Positions 9,736 through 19,099 are shown, counted from the first letter of the stretch. The stretch is DNA of 32,000 nt from Candidatus Hermodarchaeota archaeon (GCA_048886185.1 JBHLKY010000010.1:18526-50525), one strand, 5' to 3'. Program-made: numbers and translations. The notes: a model not told the origin generated them from the sequence alone.

Positions 9736-11514
9736 GTGAGTGAAGCAGATAAACGTGATCGTCTTGCTCGGGAATATTCCGATTGGGAATTATTCAAGAG
9801 ATTGATGAGTTACACTAGAGCTCATTGGGTAATCTTTTCCTTTGCTTTACTCGCTATGTTTTTCTCAACAATTCTTACCGTAATTCAACCATTAATACTT
9901 GCAATAGCCATCGATGAATATATTGTACCTGGAAATACCGAGGGACTTGGATTTGTTACTTTATTATATTTCATTGCTGCAATCATATCATTCTTGTTGA
10001 ACGTTATTGCTAGCTATTTCACAACTATAACTGGAATACAGATTATTACACAAATAAGACAAGAAGCCTTCTATCACCTTCAGGATCTAAGTATGGATTT
10101 CTATGATAAGGAAGCAACAGGAAGGATAGTTTCACGGGTCACCAACGATGTAGAGCGCCTTCTTAACTTGTTATCGACAGGTGTGATTGATACTATTGTT
10201 AATATAATGTTTTTAGGATTGTTATTTTTTATCCTTATTTATTTAGATTTGCGATTAACAATCACTATTCTTATAATTTTCCCAATATTGGCTATTTTTA
10301 CTGTTTATTTTCGTATAAAAGCACGAACTGCTTGGCAGCGAACTAGAAGAACTATCGCGAAAGTCACTGGTTATTATCAAGAAGCTATTTCAGGGATTGA
10401 GGTGTCGAAGGCGTTTGCAGCTGAAGATTTCATGACCAATGAGTTCGATTTACTAAATCTGGAAAACTATCAAGCACGTATCAAAGCTTTGATATTGTTT
10501 GCAGTAATGTTTCCTGTTATGGATATGATTCTTGCTTTAGGAACAGCTTTTGTTCTGACTGTAGGAGGGATTTCAATCGGATCTGGAACAATGAGCGTTG
10601 GGATTCTTGTCGCATTTCTTTCTTATCTTGGCAGGATCTCCCAACCCATCATGATTCTATCCAATTTTTATAATGACTTATTATCTTCAATGGCAGCTAC
10701 TGAACGTATTTTTGATATTTTGGATAGAACACCAAGCGTCATTCCTAAAAATAACAAGAAATTAAAAAATATTAAGGGCACTATCGATTTTAAAGATGTA
10801 ACTTTTGCTTATGATAATGGAACTGGACCTGTTATTTCCAATTTTAATCTTAAGATACCTTTTAATTCATCAATTGCTTTAGTAGGTCATACTGGTGCTG
10901 GAAAAACTACTATTACAAACTTATTATGTCGATTCTATGATTATAAGCAGGGTCAAATCCTTCTTGATGGTACAGACATTCGGGAGGTTGAGTTGAATAA
11001 TTACAGACATTGGCTTTCAATTATCCCTCAGGATTCTTTTCTTTTTTCAGGTACTATTCGTGAAAACCTCCTTTATGGAAAACCTGAAGCATCAGACGAA
11101 GAACTCGAGCAAGTACTCTTGAAAGTGGGTGCCTTTGATTTTGTAATGGAGAAAGGATTAGATGCAGAGGTGGGAGAACGGGGTGCACGATTATCAATGG
11201 GTGAACGACAGTTAATATGTTTTGCACGTGCTATCTTATCTGATCCAGTAATTCTTTTATTAGATGAAGCTACATCATCAATTGACGCCCACACTGAATT
11301 AGTTATCCAACAAAGTATGCATCACATTATTGAAAATAGGACTGCCATAATTATTGCTCACCGTCTAAGCACAGTCCGATCAGCAGACAAAATTATTGTT
11401 TTAGAAGATGGTGAAATCAAAGAAGAGGGAACTTTCCAAGAATTACTAGAGAAAAGGGGGATTTTTACTGATTTATATGAAAAGCAATTCGTTGACAGGA
11501 TATTTGACGAGTAA
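9736..11514 (+). CDS. ABC exporter half-transporter (TMD+NBD), TM288-like partner
   Basis: TGRIVSRVTND; Walker A GHTGAGKT; non-canonical signature LSMGE; Walker B LLLDE; AHRL. GTG start 5 bp after the partner's stop. Confidence 0.92.
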   Translation: MSEADKRDRLAREYSDWELFKRLMSYTRAHWVIFSFALLAMFFSTILTVIQPLILAIAIDEYIVPGNTEGLGFVTLLYFIAAIISFLLNVIASYFTTITGIQIITQIRQEAFYHLQDLSMDFYDKEATGRIVSRVTNDVERLLNLLSTGVIDTIVNIMFLGLLFFILIYLDLRLTITILIIFPILAIFTVYFRIKARTAWQRTRRTIAKVTGYYQEAISGIEVSKAFAAEDFMTNEFDLLNLENYQARIKALILFAVMFPVMDMILALGTAFVLTVGGISIGSGTMSVGILVAFLSYLGRISQPIMILSNFYNDLLSSMAATERIFDILDRTPSVIPKNNKKLKNIKGTIDFKDVTFAYDNGTGPVISNFNLKIPFNSSIALVGHTGAGKTTITNLLCRFYDYKQGQILLDGTDIREVELNNYRHWLSIIPQDSFLFSGTIRENLLYGKPEASDEELEQVLLKVGAFDFVMEKGLDAEVGERGARLSMGERQLICFARAILSDPVILLLDEATSSIDAHTELVIQQSMHHIIENRTAIIIAHRLSTVRSADKIIVLEDGEIKEEGTFQELLEKRGIFTDLYEKQFVDRIFDE

Positions 11515-11575
11515 AAGATATTCGGAATTCAGAATTGTATTAATTTTCATATTATCAAAGTTAAATTATCTATAT

Positions 11576-12274
11576 ATGAATGATCTAAAACTATTCGGTT
11601 ATAATACCTCTGGATTTGTTACGAAGATGAGGCTAGAAGTCAATGAACGTGATTCAGATGTGTTCAACTAGAACAGATGATAAAGCTGTTGGATTAATTC
11701 ATTTTGAAAGTTCAACAATTTATGAAAAGAATTTTATAAGTTATTTTTGCGTTTTATTAGCTTTTACTTCTATCTTAAGAGTGACGGTAGAAGAAGAACA
11801 TATTCTTAATATTGAAACAATTGCAAACAGATTAAGACCATCAGAGTTGATGAATATTATCACAAAGAATTAATCTAATTGGATTTATTTTTTTTCAGAT
11901 TACTTTATTGACGATAATGAAACTACTGATGAATGGATAGATGTTTCAATTGATGGAATAATGAAACGTGGAGGGGGTCTTCTTGAAGCGATAGACCTCG
12001 GAAATGTAACAGAAAAAAAAAGACATGGGCTTCGTTGGGCACACAATTTTGGGGTGAACATTGATGATTTTGAATTAAATTTTAACCCATATTGTTCCAA
12101 TATTGGCTCGAATTCATACATACAACAAAACCTCTTGATCGTGAGTCCTTAAATCAACAATTTTATTCGTTTCGTGATCAAATTGAGAGTGGGAATCAAA
12201 GAAATCGCCTGAAACTATCAGATTTGCTTGAACAAACCGAGAGATTGCTAAAGGAGGGTCAAAAACAGTCTTAG
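11576..12274 (+). pseudogene. Fragmented gene of unknown family (two frameshifts plus one in-frame TAA; may extend to about 12440)
   Basis: ORFs 11643-11873 and 11961-12152 are in the same frame, separated by one TAA at 11871-11873. They overlap out-of-frame ORF pieces on both sides (ATG 11576 to 11671; 12092-12274). The stitched translation reads like one globular protein. Confidence 0.55.
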
Positions 12275-12444
12275 CAAGATCTCTCAATAAATCTAGAAAT
12301 GTCATTTTCAGGGTTAGTATAAAGCTTGGCTTAAAAACTGAGAATTCAAGGATACAGACATATCAAATTTAGAGCTAGAGATCTTGAAAACATCTGGAGA
12401 TCTTCTAGTTTCAATCAGAAAGGTATACATTGGAATGAATTCGT

Positions 12445-14763
12445 ATGAAGTGTTACAAAATTATATTTTTTTCAATTGTCTTCTTGATTTTTGTTGTCCA
12501 ATTCCCATTAAATTCGGTAGTAGCTGAAATTCAGACTTCTGGGAATTTTTATGGGTTTGATTGGGAATATGGATTGACAACTCGGAATTTTTCGAAGTCT
12601 TTTAGTTATACATATGATTTTTCTGAGAGCGAGACTTGGACACAACCTCGGACATTCACTATAAATGCTCCAATACGAACTGGATTAGAAATAACTGATG
12701 TTCTCTGGCAACGCTGGATAAATAGATCGAAAGCTGCACCTACAAATACATGGCAACCACCCGGATCACCTCAAAACTGGCTCGGATATCGTGCTGATGG
12801 ATTACTAACAAATAAAACTGATGTAGGAGGAGCATGGTACCGGTATCATGGCATTCAGAATCTTAATTGGGCTAATTGGCAACAAGCCCTTAATATTTCA
12901 TGGTTTGGTCGTCAGATTGATATTGGTCTTGCAGAGTTACCTAATCAGTTGGCTACATGGAAAACAAGCTATTTAATATTGACTCCCATAAGTAATGTGA
13001 CAGTTCCAATGCAGGATTGGTTGGCTGTAAAACACGATTCTATGAATGTAAGTATCTATCATATTGCTTATATTTATGACAATGGGACTCCTGGTGTCTA
13101 TACTGACGATATTGTTGTTTTTCAGGAATTATTGGTGCCTCAATTTGTTCTCGTTAGGGTTCTTACTACTTTATATCAAGTTAGCGTAACCGAAACTAAA
13201 TCAGTTGGAGTTTCTCTCTCTGGTACCTTTAATTTTTCAGGAACTTGGGAAGAGAATCTCTATGGCCAACATGTGTCAATCAATGATGGAATGAACTATG
13301 GATTCGATTATTTTGCGCTTATTTCTGGGGATGTCACCTTCGATGCTTCTGGTGGATTTTCATTACAGGGATATCTCTCAAACAATATTACACGAGATGT
13401 AACATTTGTTGATGGTGGAGCTCCTATTCCAGAGGCTATTCGGCCTATATGGCTCCAATCATTACGAATTAGACTTGCTGGTAACTGGGATCACTCTCAT
13501 GCTGAAAGTGGTACCCTTTATGGAAAAGGTGCTGTTCAAAGTATAATTCAAGTACTCTTGACAAAGGCTTCTACAGATCAATTACCAAACCTTGCAGCGT
13601 GGGGAAACTTCAATCCTGGCAGGTTGATTGGTTATAAAGATGTTGATGGAGATGGAATCCTAACCGCATTTTTGAATGAGTCTCAAATAGCAACTTCTGA
13701 TGCAATCATGGCTATTGGATTCCCTGAAGGTGCCTATCTTGAAGGGGAATATAATGGAAAAGTTATAGCAAATGCTGATGTTTATATGTCTTTAGGTGAT
13801 TGGATAATTGCTGATAATGAATCTACCGCTACCATGATAGTTGATAAATCCGTTAGCGAGACTTGGGGCTATGATCCGCGCAATTCAGAAACAGGGCCAT
13901 CAGACGTCAGTCTAGTATGGAAAGAACCACTAGAAAGTGATGGAATAGCGACATTTGAATGGGAAACCACCTATTCAGATACTCCTGTGACTTGGTGGGC
14001 TAAAAATGATTCTACCGTGCTAATTACTCAGGATCTGGCTGATATCACTTATGGTTATTCTTTATCGATTAATCCTGAAGTAGGGGAAGCAAAACTAGAT
14101 ACTACATATAGTCAATCTGCAATTCAAGATGTTGCTTTAAAGAGCATGATCGAGTCTCAGTCAATTAGCATGGCAACTTATCATCGAGATTATTACCTCT
14201 CAATGACCCAAACGAGTGCAGATACATCTGGAGCGTTTTCAAGATTAGAATCCCAATTTACAACAACTGTTAGCGGAGAAGACCTATTCTCACAAGATTT
14301 TGGAGGTAAGAAAGAATCATATTACTTACATAACTCACCAAGTACAAAATATGAAGCAGGGACTTCAGTAATGAATCTCTTGACCGCGGAAGGTTTTTCA
14401 GGTGAACCTACGAATAGAACAGAAAGAAATCCTTTCTCATCTCCCATTTCTAAACGAATAGCAGCAGCACTTACTCAATGGTCTGCAGATAATCAAGAAC
14501 CAGGTGTTTCGTGGATTTTCAGAGAAAATATTGTGATTACAAGTTATCCAACATGGAATGGAGAAGGAATTACCCACGATCCAACTTATTCAGCTTTTTA
14601 CGCTGGCACAGGTGCTCGAGTAGCTGAGACAACTGAGACTTCAGGAGCATCAGAACTGCCAGAATCCACACCTGAAGAAGGTGTTCCTGGATTTGGCCTT
14701 GGATTCTCCATGGTAGTCTTATCTACAATCACTTTACTTATCAAAAAACAGAAACCTAGATGA
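12445..14763 (+). CDS. Large secreted surface glycoprotein candidate with PGF-CTERM-type sorting signal
   Basis: N-terminal signal peptide (MKCYKIIFFSIVFLIFVVQFPLNSVVA); at least 12 N-x-S/T sequons; DVDGDG motif; Thr/Glu/Ser linker followed by GVPGF, a TM helix and a basic tail KKQKPR. Confidence 0.8.
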   Translation: MKCYKIIFFSIVFLIFVVQFPLNSVVAEIQTSGNFYGFDWEYGLTTRNFSKSFSYTYDFSESETWTQPRTFTINAPIRTGLEITDVLWQRWINRSKAAPTNTWQPPGSPQNWLGYRADGLLTNKTDVGGAWYRYHGIQNLNWANWQQALNISWFGRQIDIGLAELPNQLATWKTSYLILTPISNVTVPMQDWLAVKHDSMNVSIYHIAYIYDNGTPGVYTDDIVVFQELLVPQFVLVRVLTTLYQVSVTETKSVGVSLSGTFNFSGTWEENLYGQHVSINDGMNYGFDYFALISGDVTFDASGGFSLQGYLSNNITRDVTFVDGGAPIPEAIRPIWLQSLRIRLAGNWDHSHAESGTLYGKGAVQSIIQVLLTKASTDQLPNLAAWGNFNPGRLIGYKDVDGDGILTAFLNESQIATSDAIMAIGFPEGAYLEGEYNGKVIANADVYMSLGDWIIADNESTATMIVDKSVSETWGYDPRNSETGPSDVSLVWKEPLESDGIATFEWETTYSDTPVTWWAKNDSTVLITQDLADITYGYSLSINPEVGEAKLDTTYSQSAIQDVALKSMIESQSISMATYHRDYYLSMTQTSADTSGAFSRLESQFTTTVSGEDLFSQDFGGKKESYYLHNSPSTKYEAGTSVMNLLTAEGFSGEPTNRTERNPFSSPISKRIAAALTQWSADNQEPGVSWIFRENIVITSYPTWNGEGITHDPTYSAFYAGTGARVAETTETSGASELPESTPEEGVPGFGLGFSMVVLSTITLLIKKQKPR

Positions 14764-14806
14764 ATATAGGTATATACACCGAAAAAACTTATTTATTCTC
14801 CAGATT

Positions 14807-14834
14807 TCCCTTTTTTTCTTTTTTTTCTATTTTT
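14807..14834 (+). terminator. Oligo-T terminator candidate
   Basis: TCCC-T7-C-T8-CTA-T5, about 45 nt after the stop. Confidence 0.65.
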
Positions 14835-14962
14835 CCTGCTAGATCTTTGAAAGTAATTATAAATAAGAACCAAATTTCTTCCTCTACAATATAAATTTTC
14901 TGGTACGACACTTAGATGCTTTTATATATATTCGGGTGACATTTCACTGAGGCACTGCTCCA

Positions 14963-16327
14963 ATGATTGAAGAAAAGACTATCAAGGAAGATGCATATAA
15001 AAAATCATGTGAATCACCTTCCTCAATAACACAATCTGGTTTGAGAGAGAAAGTCCCTATATGGGGAACGAGTATTGGTTATGCTGCTGGAAGATCATCC
15101 ATTTTTGTCTACTTATCGTATTTTGGGATAGTTCTCGGAGCAACTCCTTTAGAGCAATCTATCTTAACTTCTGTTAGAAATTTAGGTTCTAATATATTTC
15201 AAGGGATTTGGGGTTGGTTATCTGATCTCCGTGGAAGAAAATTTGTTATTGTGATTGGTCTTTCAGCGCTTGCAGTAACCTGTGTGTTATCACCTTTTGT
15301 AAGGAATCCTATGGAGCTTGTAATAATTTCCTTAGTTATGACAAGCATTGGATTCAGTATCATTCCCGCATGGAACGCTTTTTTAGGGGATTATACTTCT
15401 GAAGAGGATCGAGCTTCATTTGTCGGAAAAATCAACTCAATTGGTACTATGAGCTCGGTCTTATTGATTCTCTGCTTGGGAATTCTGATGGAATTGAGTC
15501 CATTTCCTTTTCCAAAGGTACCAAAGGATTACACATTGAGTAAACCAGTATTTTTTATACCATTTTTCTCTGCTGGATTAATTTTTCTAGGAACTATTAT
15601 TGTTTCCTACTTTTTAATAGAAAAGTATGATGCTAGACAAAGAGTAGTAATTGATGAAGAGTTTCGTCCTTCTTGGAGGATGTTAATTCAAAGAAATGAA
15701 CCTTTCAAACGTCTTTTACCTATTAGTGCTTTTTTCTCATTCGCAATGTCTACAGCTTGGCCAATTTTTCCTTTTGTTACTTTAAGGGTCGCAGAATCAT
15801 GGTTAATGGTAGCTTTAATATGGATCATGTTCAACATTCCGAGAGGTTTTGGTCAGAATTTAGGTGGTCGATTGGCTGATGAAGTGTTCAATAAAAAAAT
15901 TGTTATTTTGTATTCTAGGCTTGGGTACGTAACGGTTCCTATTGGTTATGCCATAGGACTTCTTACAGGAAATCCTTGGTATCTAGTGGTTGCCAATATT
16001 CTTGGAGGTTTTGCCTTTGGTGCCGAGGACACTAGCATCGCTACTTATTGTCTAGATTGTTCTACTGAAGAGACGAAGGGTCGTTACTATTCGATGTTAT
16101 TGACTGCAGGAGGGATTTGTGCATTCCTGGGTTCATTATCAGCAGGATTTGTAATGGATTTATGGTTACGAATTGCAGGAATTAATTATAATAGCCCTGA
16201 TTTCAATGTGATTCTCTTTTTAATGTTAATTCTAATTGCTACATTGCGAATGGTATCAGCTAGCTTGCATAAATTCATTTTTTCCAATCCTTTGGACTTT
16301 GAGTTTGATCAAATAATCTCTCCATAA
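14963..16327 (+). CDS. MFS transporter
   Basis: About 12 TM segments; MFS motif A variants GWLSDLRGRK and GRLADEVFNKK; EEDRASFVG and EETKGRYYS helix-boundary motifs. Confidence 0.9.
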   Translation: MIEEKTIKEDAYKKSCESPSSITQSGLREKVPIWGTSIGYAAGRSSIFVYLSYFGIVLGATPLEQSILTSVRNLGSNIFQGIWGWLSDLRGRKFVIVIGLSALAVTCVLSPFVRNPMELVIISLVMTSIGFSIIPAWNAFLGDYTSEEDRASFVGKINSIGTMSSVLLILCLGILMELSPFPFPKVPKDYTLSKPVFFIPFFSAGLIFLGTIIVSYFLIEKYDARQRVVIDEEFRPSWRMLIQRNEPFKRLLPISAFFSFAMSTAWPIFPFVTLRVAESWLMVALIWIMFNIPRGFGQNLGGRLADEVFNKKIVILYSRLGYVTVPIGYAIGLLTGNPWYLVVANILGGFAFGAEDTSIATYCLDCSTEETKGRYYSMLLTAGGICAFLGSLSAGFVMDLWLRIAGINYNSPDFNVILFLMLILIATLRMVSASLHKFIFSNPLDFEFDQIISP

Positions 16328-16360
16328 AGAATTTGTGAAGGAATTATCACACGATTAGAA

Positions 16361-16372
16361 ATCCCTTTTTTT
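16361..16372 (+). terminator. Oligo-T terminator candidate
   Basis: ATCCC-T7, 34 nt after the MFS stop codon. Confidence 0.5.
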
Positions 16373-16482
16373 ACCGACATATCTATTACTCACATGATAT
16401 GGGGCAATATCAATCTTGAAGGGAAGTGGAGATGTAACTAATCTACAAAATTCTGTGATTATTAATTGGAGGATATAAAAGA

Positions 16483-17097
16483 ATGAGTATCCTTTCGAGG
16501 ATTTTTGCTAGAAGTCGTAAGACTAAATTGACCATTGGGATTTTAGGGGCTCCCAATGCAGGAAAGACAACATTAGCAAATCGCATTTCTAGTGAATGTG
16601 GAAATGGAACCCCACTTGGAGATGTTAGCCCTATTCCACACGAGACTCGTGATGTGGTGGCACTAGAGCATTGTACAATTGCTGATCATAACGGATCTCT
16701 AGATTTGACTATTGTTGATACTCCAGGTATTGCTACCTCTGTGGATTATAGAGAGTTCCAAACTTACGGATTGTCGAGACAGGAGAGTATAGAACGAGCA
16801 AAAGAAGCTACGAGGGGCGTTATCAAAGCTATTCAATCTCTTGACAGATTAGATGCTGCAATCGTTGTTGTTGATGCTGCTAGAGCACCATTTGACCAAA
16901 TTAACTGGACTGTCCTTGGTAACCTAGAAGCGAGAAATATTCCTTTAATAGTTGCTGCAAATAAAACAGATTTGCCTGAGGCCGATCCTAGGCTTGTCGA
17001 AGAAACTTTCGAGAGTCAGATTATCCCAATATCAGCTAAAGAAGGGACTGGGATGAATGAGCTTTATGGGAGCATCCTTTCTGTAGCCAATACATAA
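16483..17097 (+). CDS. oapA: Archaeal Era-like small GTPase OapA/ArvA
   Basis: G1 GAPNAGKT, IPHETR, G3 DTPG, VDYREF...RAKEATRGV, G4 NKTD and G5 ISA match the haloarchaeal OapA/ArvA family as I recall it. First gene of the characteristic three-gene operon; GGAGG upstream. Confidence 0.88.
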   Translation: MSILSRIFARSRKTKLTIGILGAPNAGKTTLANRISSECGNGTPLGDVSPIPHETRDVVALEHCTIADHNGSLDLTIVDTPGIATSVDYREFQTYGLSRQESIERAKEATRGVIKAIQSLDRLDAAIVVVDAARAPFDQINWTVLGNLEARNIPLIVAANKTDLPEADPRLVEETFESQIIPISAKEGTGMNELYGSILSVANT

Positions 17098-17108
17098 GAG
17101 GGCTGAAC

Positions 17109-17426
17109 ATGGAATTAAAAATAGATTTTGTTACTGAATTTACAACTCGAAAAATGAATTCTTCACAGAAGTGTAACTTTATAATTTCGAAGCTTCGACA
17201 TGATAGAGTCATTGTGTTTGAAGGAGGTCTCGAACCCAATGAAGAGGCAATTTTGATAGAAGAAGCAATGAATCAAATTGATCATGAAAGTTTTTTGGGT
17301 TATAGAATTATTAACCCTACTCCTCTCCGTAATCCTAGTTCAGGGTTGTTTTCTAGACATAAAGACGTTAAAATGACTGTGATTGCTCCATACAACTATG
17401 AGGAATTGTCAGTAGCACTTGTCTAG
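17109..17426 (+). CDS. oapB: DUF2073-family protein OapB/ArvB
   Basis: VIVFEGGLEPNEEAILIEEAM...MTVIAP pattern; lies directly after oapA. Confidence 0.8.
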   Translation: MELKIDFVTEFTTRKMNSSQKCNFIISKLRHDRVIVFEGGLEPNEEAILIEEAMNQIDHESFLGYRIINPTPLRNPSSGLFSRHKDVKMTVIAPYNYEELSVALV

Positions 17427-17441
17427 GTTTGGCGGAAAAAA

Positions 17442-17795
17442 GTGAGCTTATCAAATAGTGAAGTTAATCTTAACAAATATCAATGCGCTGAGTGTAGAAG
17501 AACACCAGTGAAGGCACAAGAACTTTTTCAAGGGTGTATTTGTGGGCATCGGCTTTTTCGAATTGTACGAGAAAGTAAGGATTTTCTTTCTGATACAAAC
17601 AAGAGGACGAGGAACAATTCTATTAACAAAACAGAAAACATAAATTTCCTTAGTATTCAAGAGCTGGAAATTGGTGTTTATGATATTAATGTGGATAAAA
17701 TTTTTGCTAGCAAATCTAACATAAAGGGTGCTCCCCCCCTAGTTGTAGGTAATAATGGCGTATTTTCAATCTATCTAAAACATCAAAAAAAATGA
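17442..17795 (+). CDS. oapC: Zn-ribbon protein OapC/ArvC (DUF2072-like)
   Basis: CAEC...GCICGHRLF ribbon; C-terminal GVYDINVDKIF and GVFSIYL; third position in the operon. Confidence 0.78.
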   Translation: MSLSNSEVNLNKYQCAECRRTPVKAQELFQGCICGHRLFRIVRESKDFLSDTNKRTRNNSINKTENINFLSIQELEIGVYDINVDKIFASKSNIKGAPPLVVGNNGVFSIYLKHQKK

Positions 17796-17809
17796 AATCC
17801 ATCTAAGAC

Positions 17810-18784
17810 TTAATCTGTTGTTTTAATTAGCTTAATCTCTCGTGTGACCTCATTGAATTCACACACAGACAGTTCATGGAGATGGCGAAGATGTGTCCGG
17901 CAAATAATGGGAGGAATTCCTACCTCAGTCGATAATGTTCCCAAATCAAGTGATTTTTTCTTTGTATTGGCAAAATAGTCAACAAGAAAAAGTAATATTC
18001 TACCTAATTCTGTTTGTTGCAAAACGACTCTTATGTGTCTATCCCTCGTTAGGGTTCCTTCTGTTTCACGGGTTAAATCCTCTGTCATTTGTCCAGCTCG
18101 TTCTTCTGTCCTTTTGATTTCTCTTTTCAATTGATCTTGAATTTCGAGGTGACTAGTTTCAATTTCTTTGATTTCTTCTTCGGTCTGGTGTATAACATCT
18201 TGCAGCTTTGCGATTTGGGTTAATAGAGTTTCTCTCTCAGTTTGAAGATTTTCTATCATCGTTCTGGAATTCTGTAATTTTATCGAATATTCATCTTCAA
18301 TTGTTGCCAAAATGTTCTTTGTTTCTTTTAATTCCACCTCTAGGGTTATTACTTGTTCTGTTTTTTCATTTAGTTTCTTCTGAATATCTGATATGACCCG
18401 ATTTTGTCCTTTCTCAATATTAGATAGTTCTAAACTTTTGGCCTCAAGATTAGTCTTTATTGCAAGCATCATCTGAGTTTTCTCAGCTAGTTCCATGTTT
18501 GCAGCTTTAAGGGCTTGCATTTTTGTTCTTAACAATCCTTTTGTCTCTGCTAGTTCCCTTTCTATCACCTTTTCTTTTTCCTGTGCTTCAGCCTGGAATT
18601 CAGTTTTTTTTTCCTGTAATCGTCGAATCTGATTTTCTAACTCTATTATTCTTTTAGCGTAATCATTAACAGAATACATAGGTTCAGAGTGTCCAGGATT
18701 TTGTGATAGATCAGAATTAGATGCTTTGGAATTACTTAATTGATTTTTTACCCGTTGGTTTTCTCTTAATTCTTCATTTCCCAT
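17810..18784 (-). CDS. Hypothetical long coiled-coil protein with predicted C-terminal winged-helix domain
   Basis: About 200 aa of E/K/Q/L-rich heptad sequence. The last ~70 aa (ILLFLVDYF...LGTLSTEVGIPPIICRTHLRHLHELSVCEFNEVTREIKL) follow an HTH plus beta-wing pattern. Confidence 0.75.
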   Translation of the reverse strand: MGNEELRENQRVKNQLSNSKASNSDLSQNPGHSEPMYSVNDYAKRIIELENQIRRLQEKKTEFQAEAQEKEKVIERELAETKGLLRTKMQALKAANMELAEKTQMMLAIKTNLEAKSLELSNIEKGQNRVISDIQKKLNEKTEQVITLEVELKETKNILATIEDEYSIKLQNSRTMIENLQTERETLLTQIAKLQDVIHQTEEEIKEIETSHLEIQDQLKREIKRTEERAGQMTEDLTRETEGTLTRDRHIRVVLQQTELGRILLFLVDYFANTKKKSLDLGTLSTEVGIPPIICRTHLRHLHELSVCEFNEVTREIKLIKTTD

Positions 18785-19022
18785 ATGATACGCCCACGAA
18801 GAGGTTTGAATTATCTTATCATAAGCACTCTTTAAAACTATTTTTTAAATAAATGTTTTTACTCTGAATAAAAAAAAAAGTTGTAATTAAGGTTTTTCGT
18901 AAAAAAGGCATTTTTTAAAGCACAGATTCTTTCTAGAATTATTAAGAAACATTATCAGTCTAGAAATTCTTAAAAAACGAAAAAAAGGGACTTAATCACG
19001 CAAGAAAAGAGAAATAAAACAC

Positions 19023-19052
19023 TCATGGGGGAAGTTTGAAACACTTCCATGA
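19023..19052. repeat. Imperfect inverted repeat / hairpin in a divergent intergenic region
   Basis: TCATGGGGGAAGT-TTGAAAC-ACTTCCATGA: the arms pair over 10 bp with a 3-nt bulge. Confidence 0.6.
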
Positions 19053-19099
19053 ATTTTCCTTTTTCTTTAGCTCTTTAAATTAAATTAAGATGATTTTCT

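Noticed and set aside
11871-11873. Possible selenocysteine or pyrrolysine recoding in the broken ORF
   Set aside because: The stop is TAA, and frameshifts on both sides point to decay rather than recoding.
16483-17097. True Era/EngA ribosome-assembly GTPase
   Set aside because: No KH domain or tandem G domains; sequence and operon context fit OapA/ArvA.
19026-19050. Canonical ORB element or CRISPR repeat (GGGGGAAGTTTGAAAC)
   Set aside because: The G-string is on the wrong side relative to the ORB consensus, TTCCAxTGGAAAC is absent, there is a single copy, and no cdc6 or cas genes or spacer array are present.
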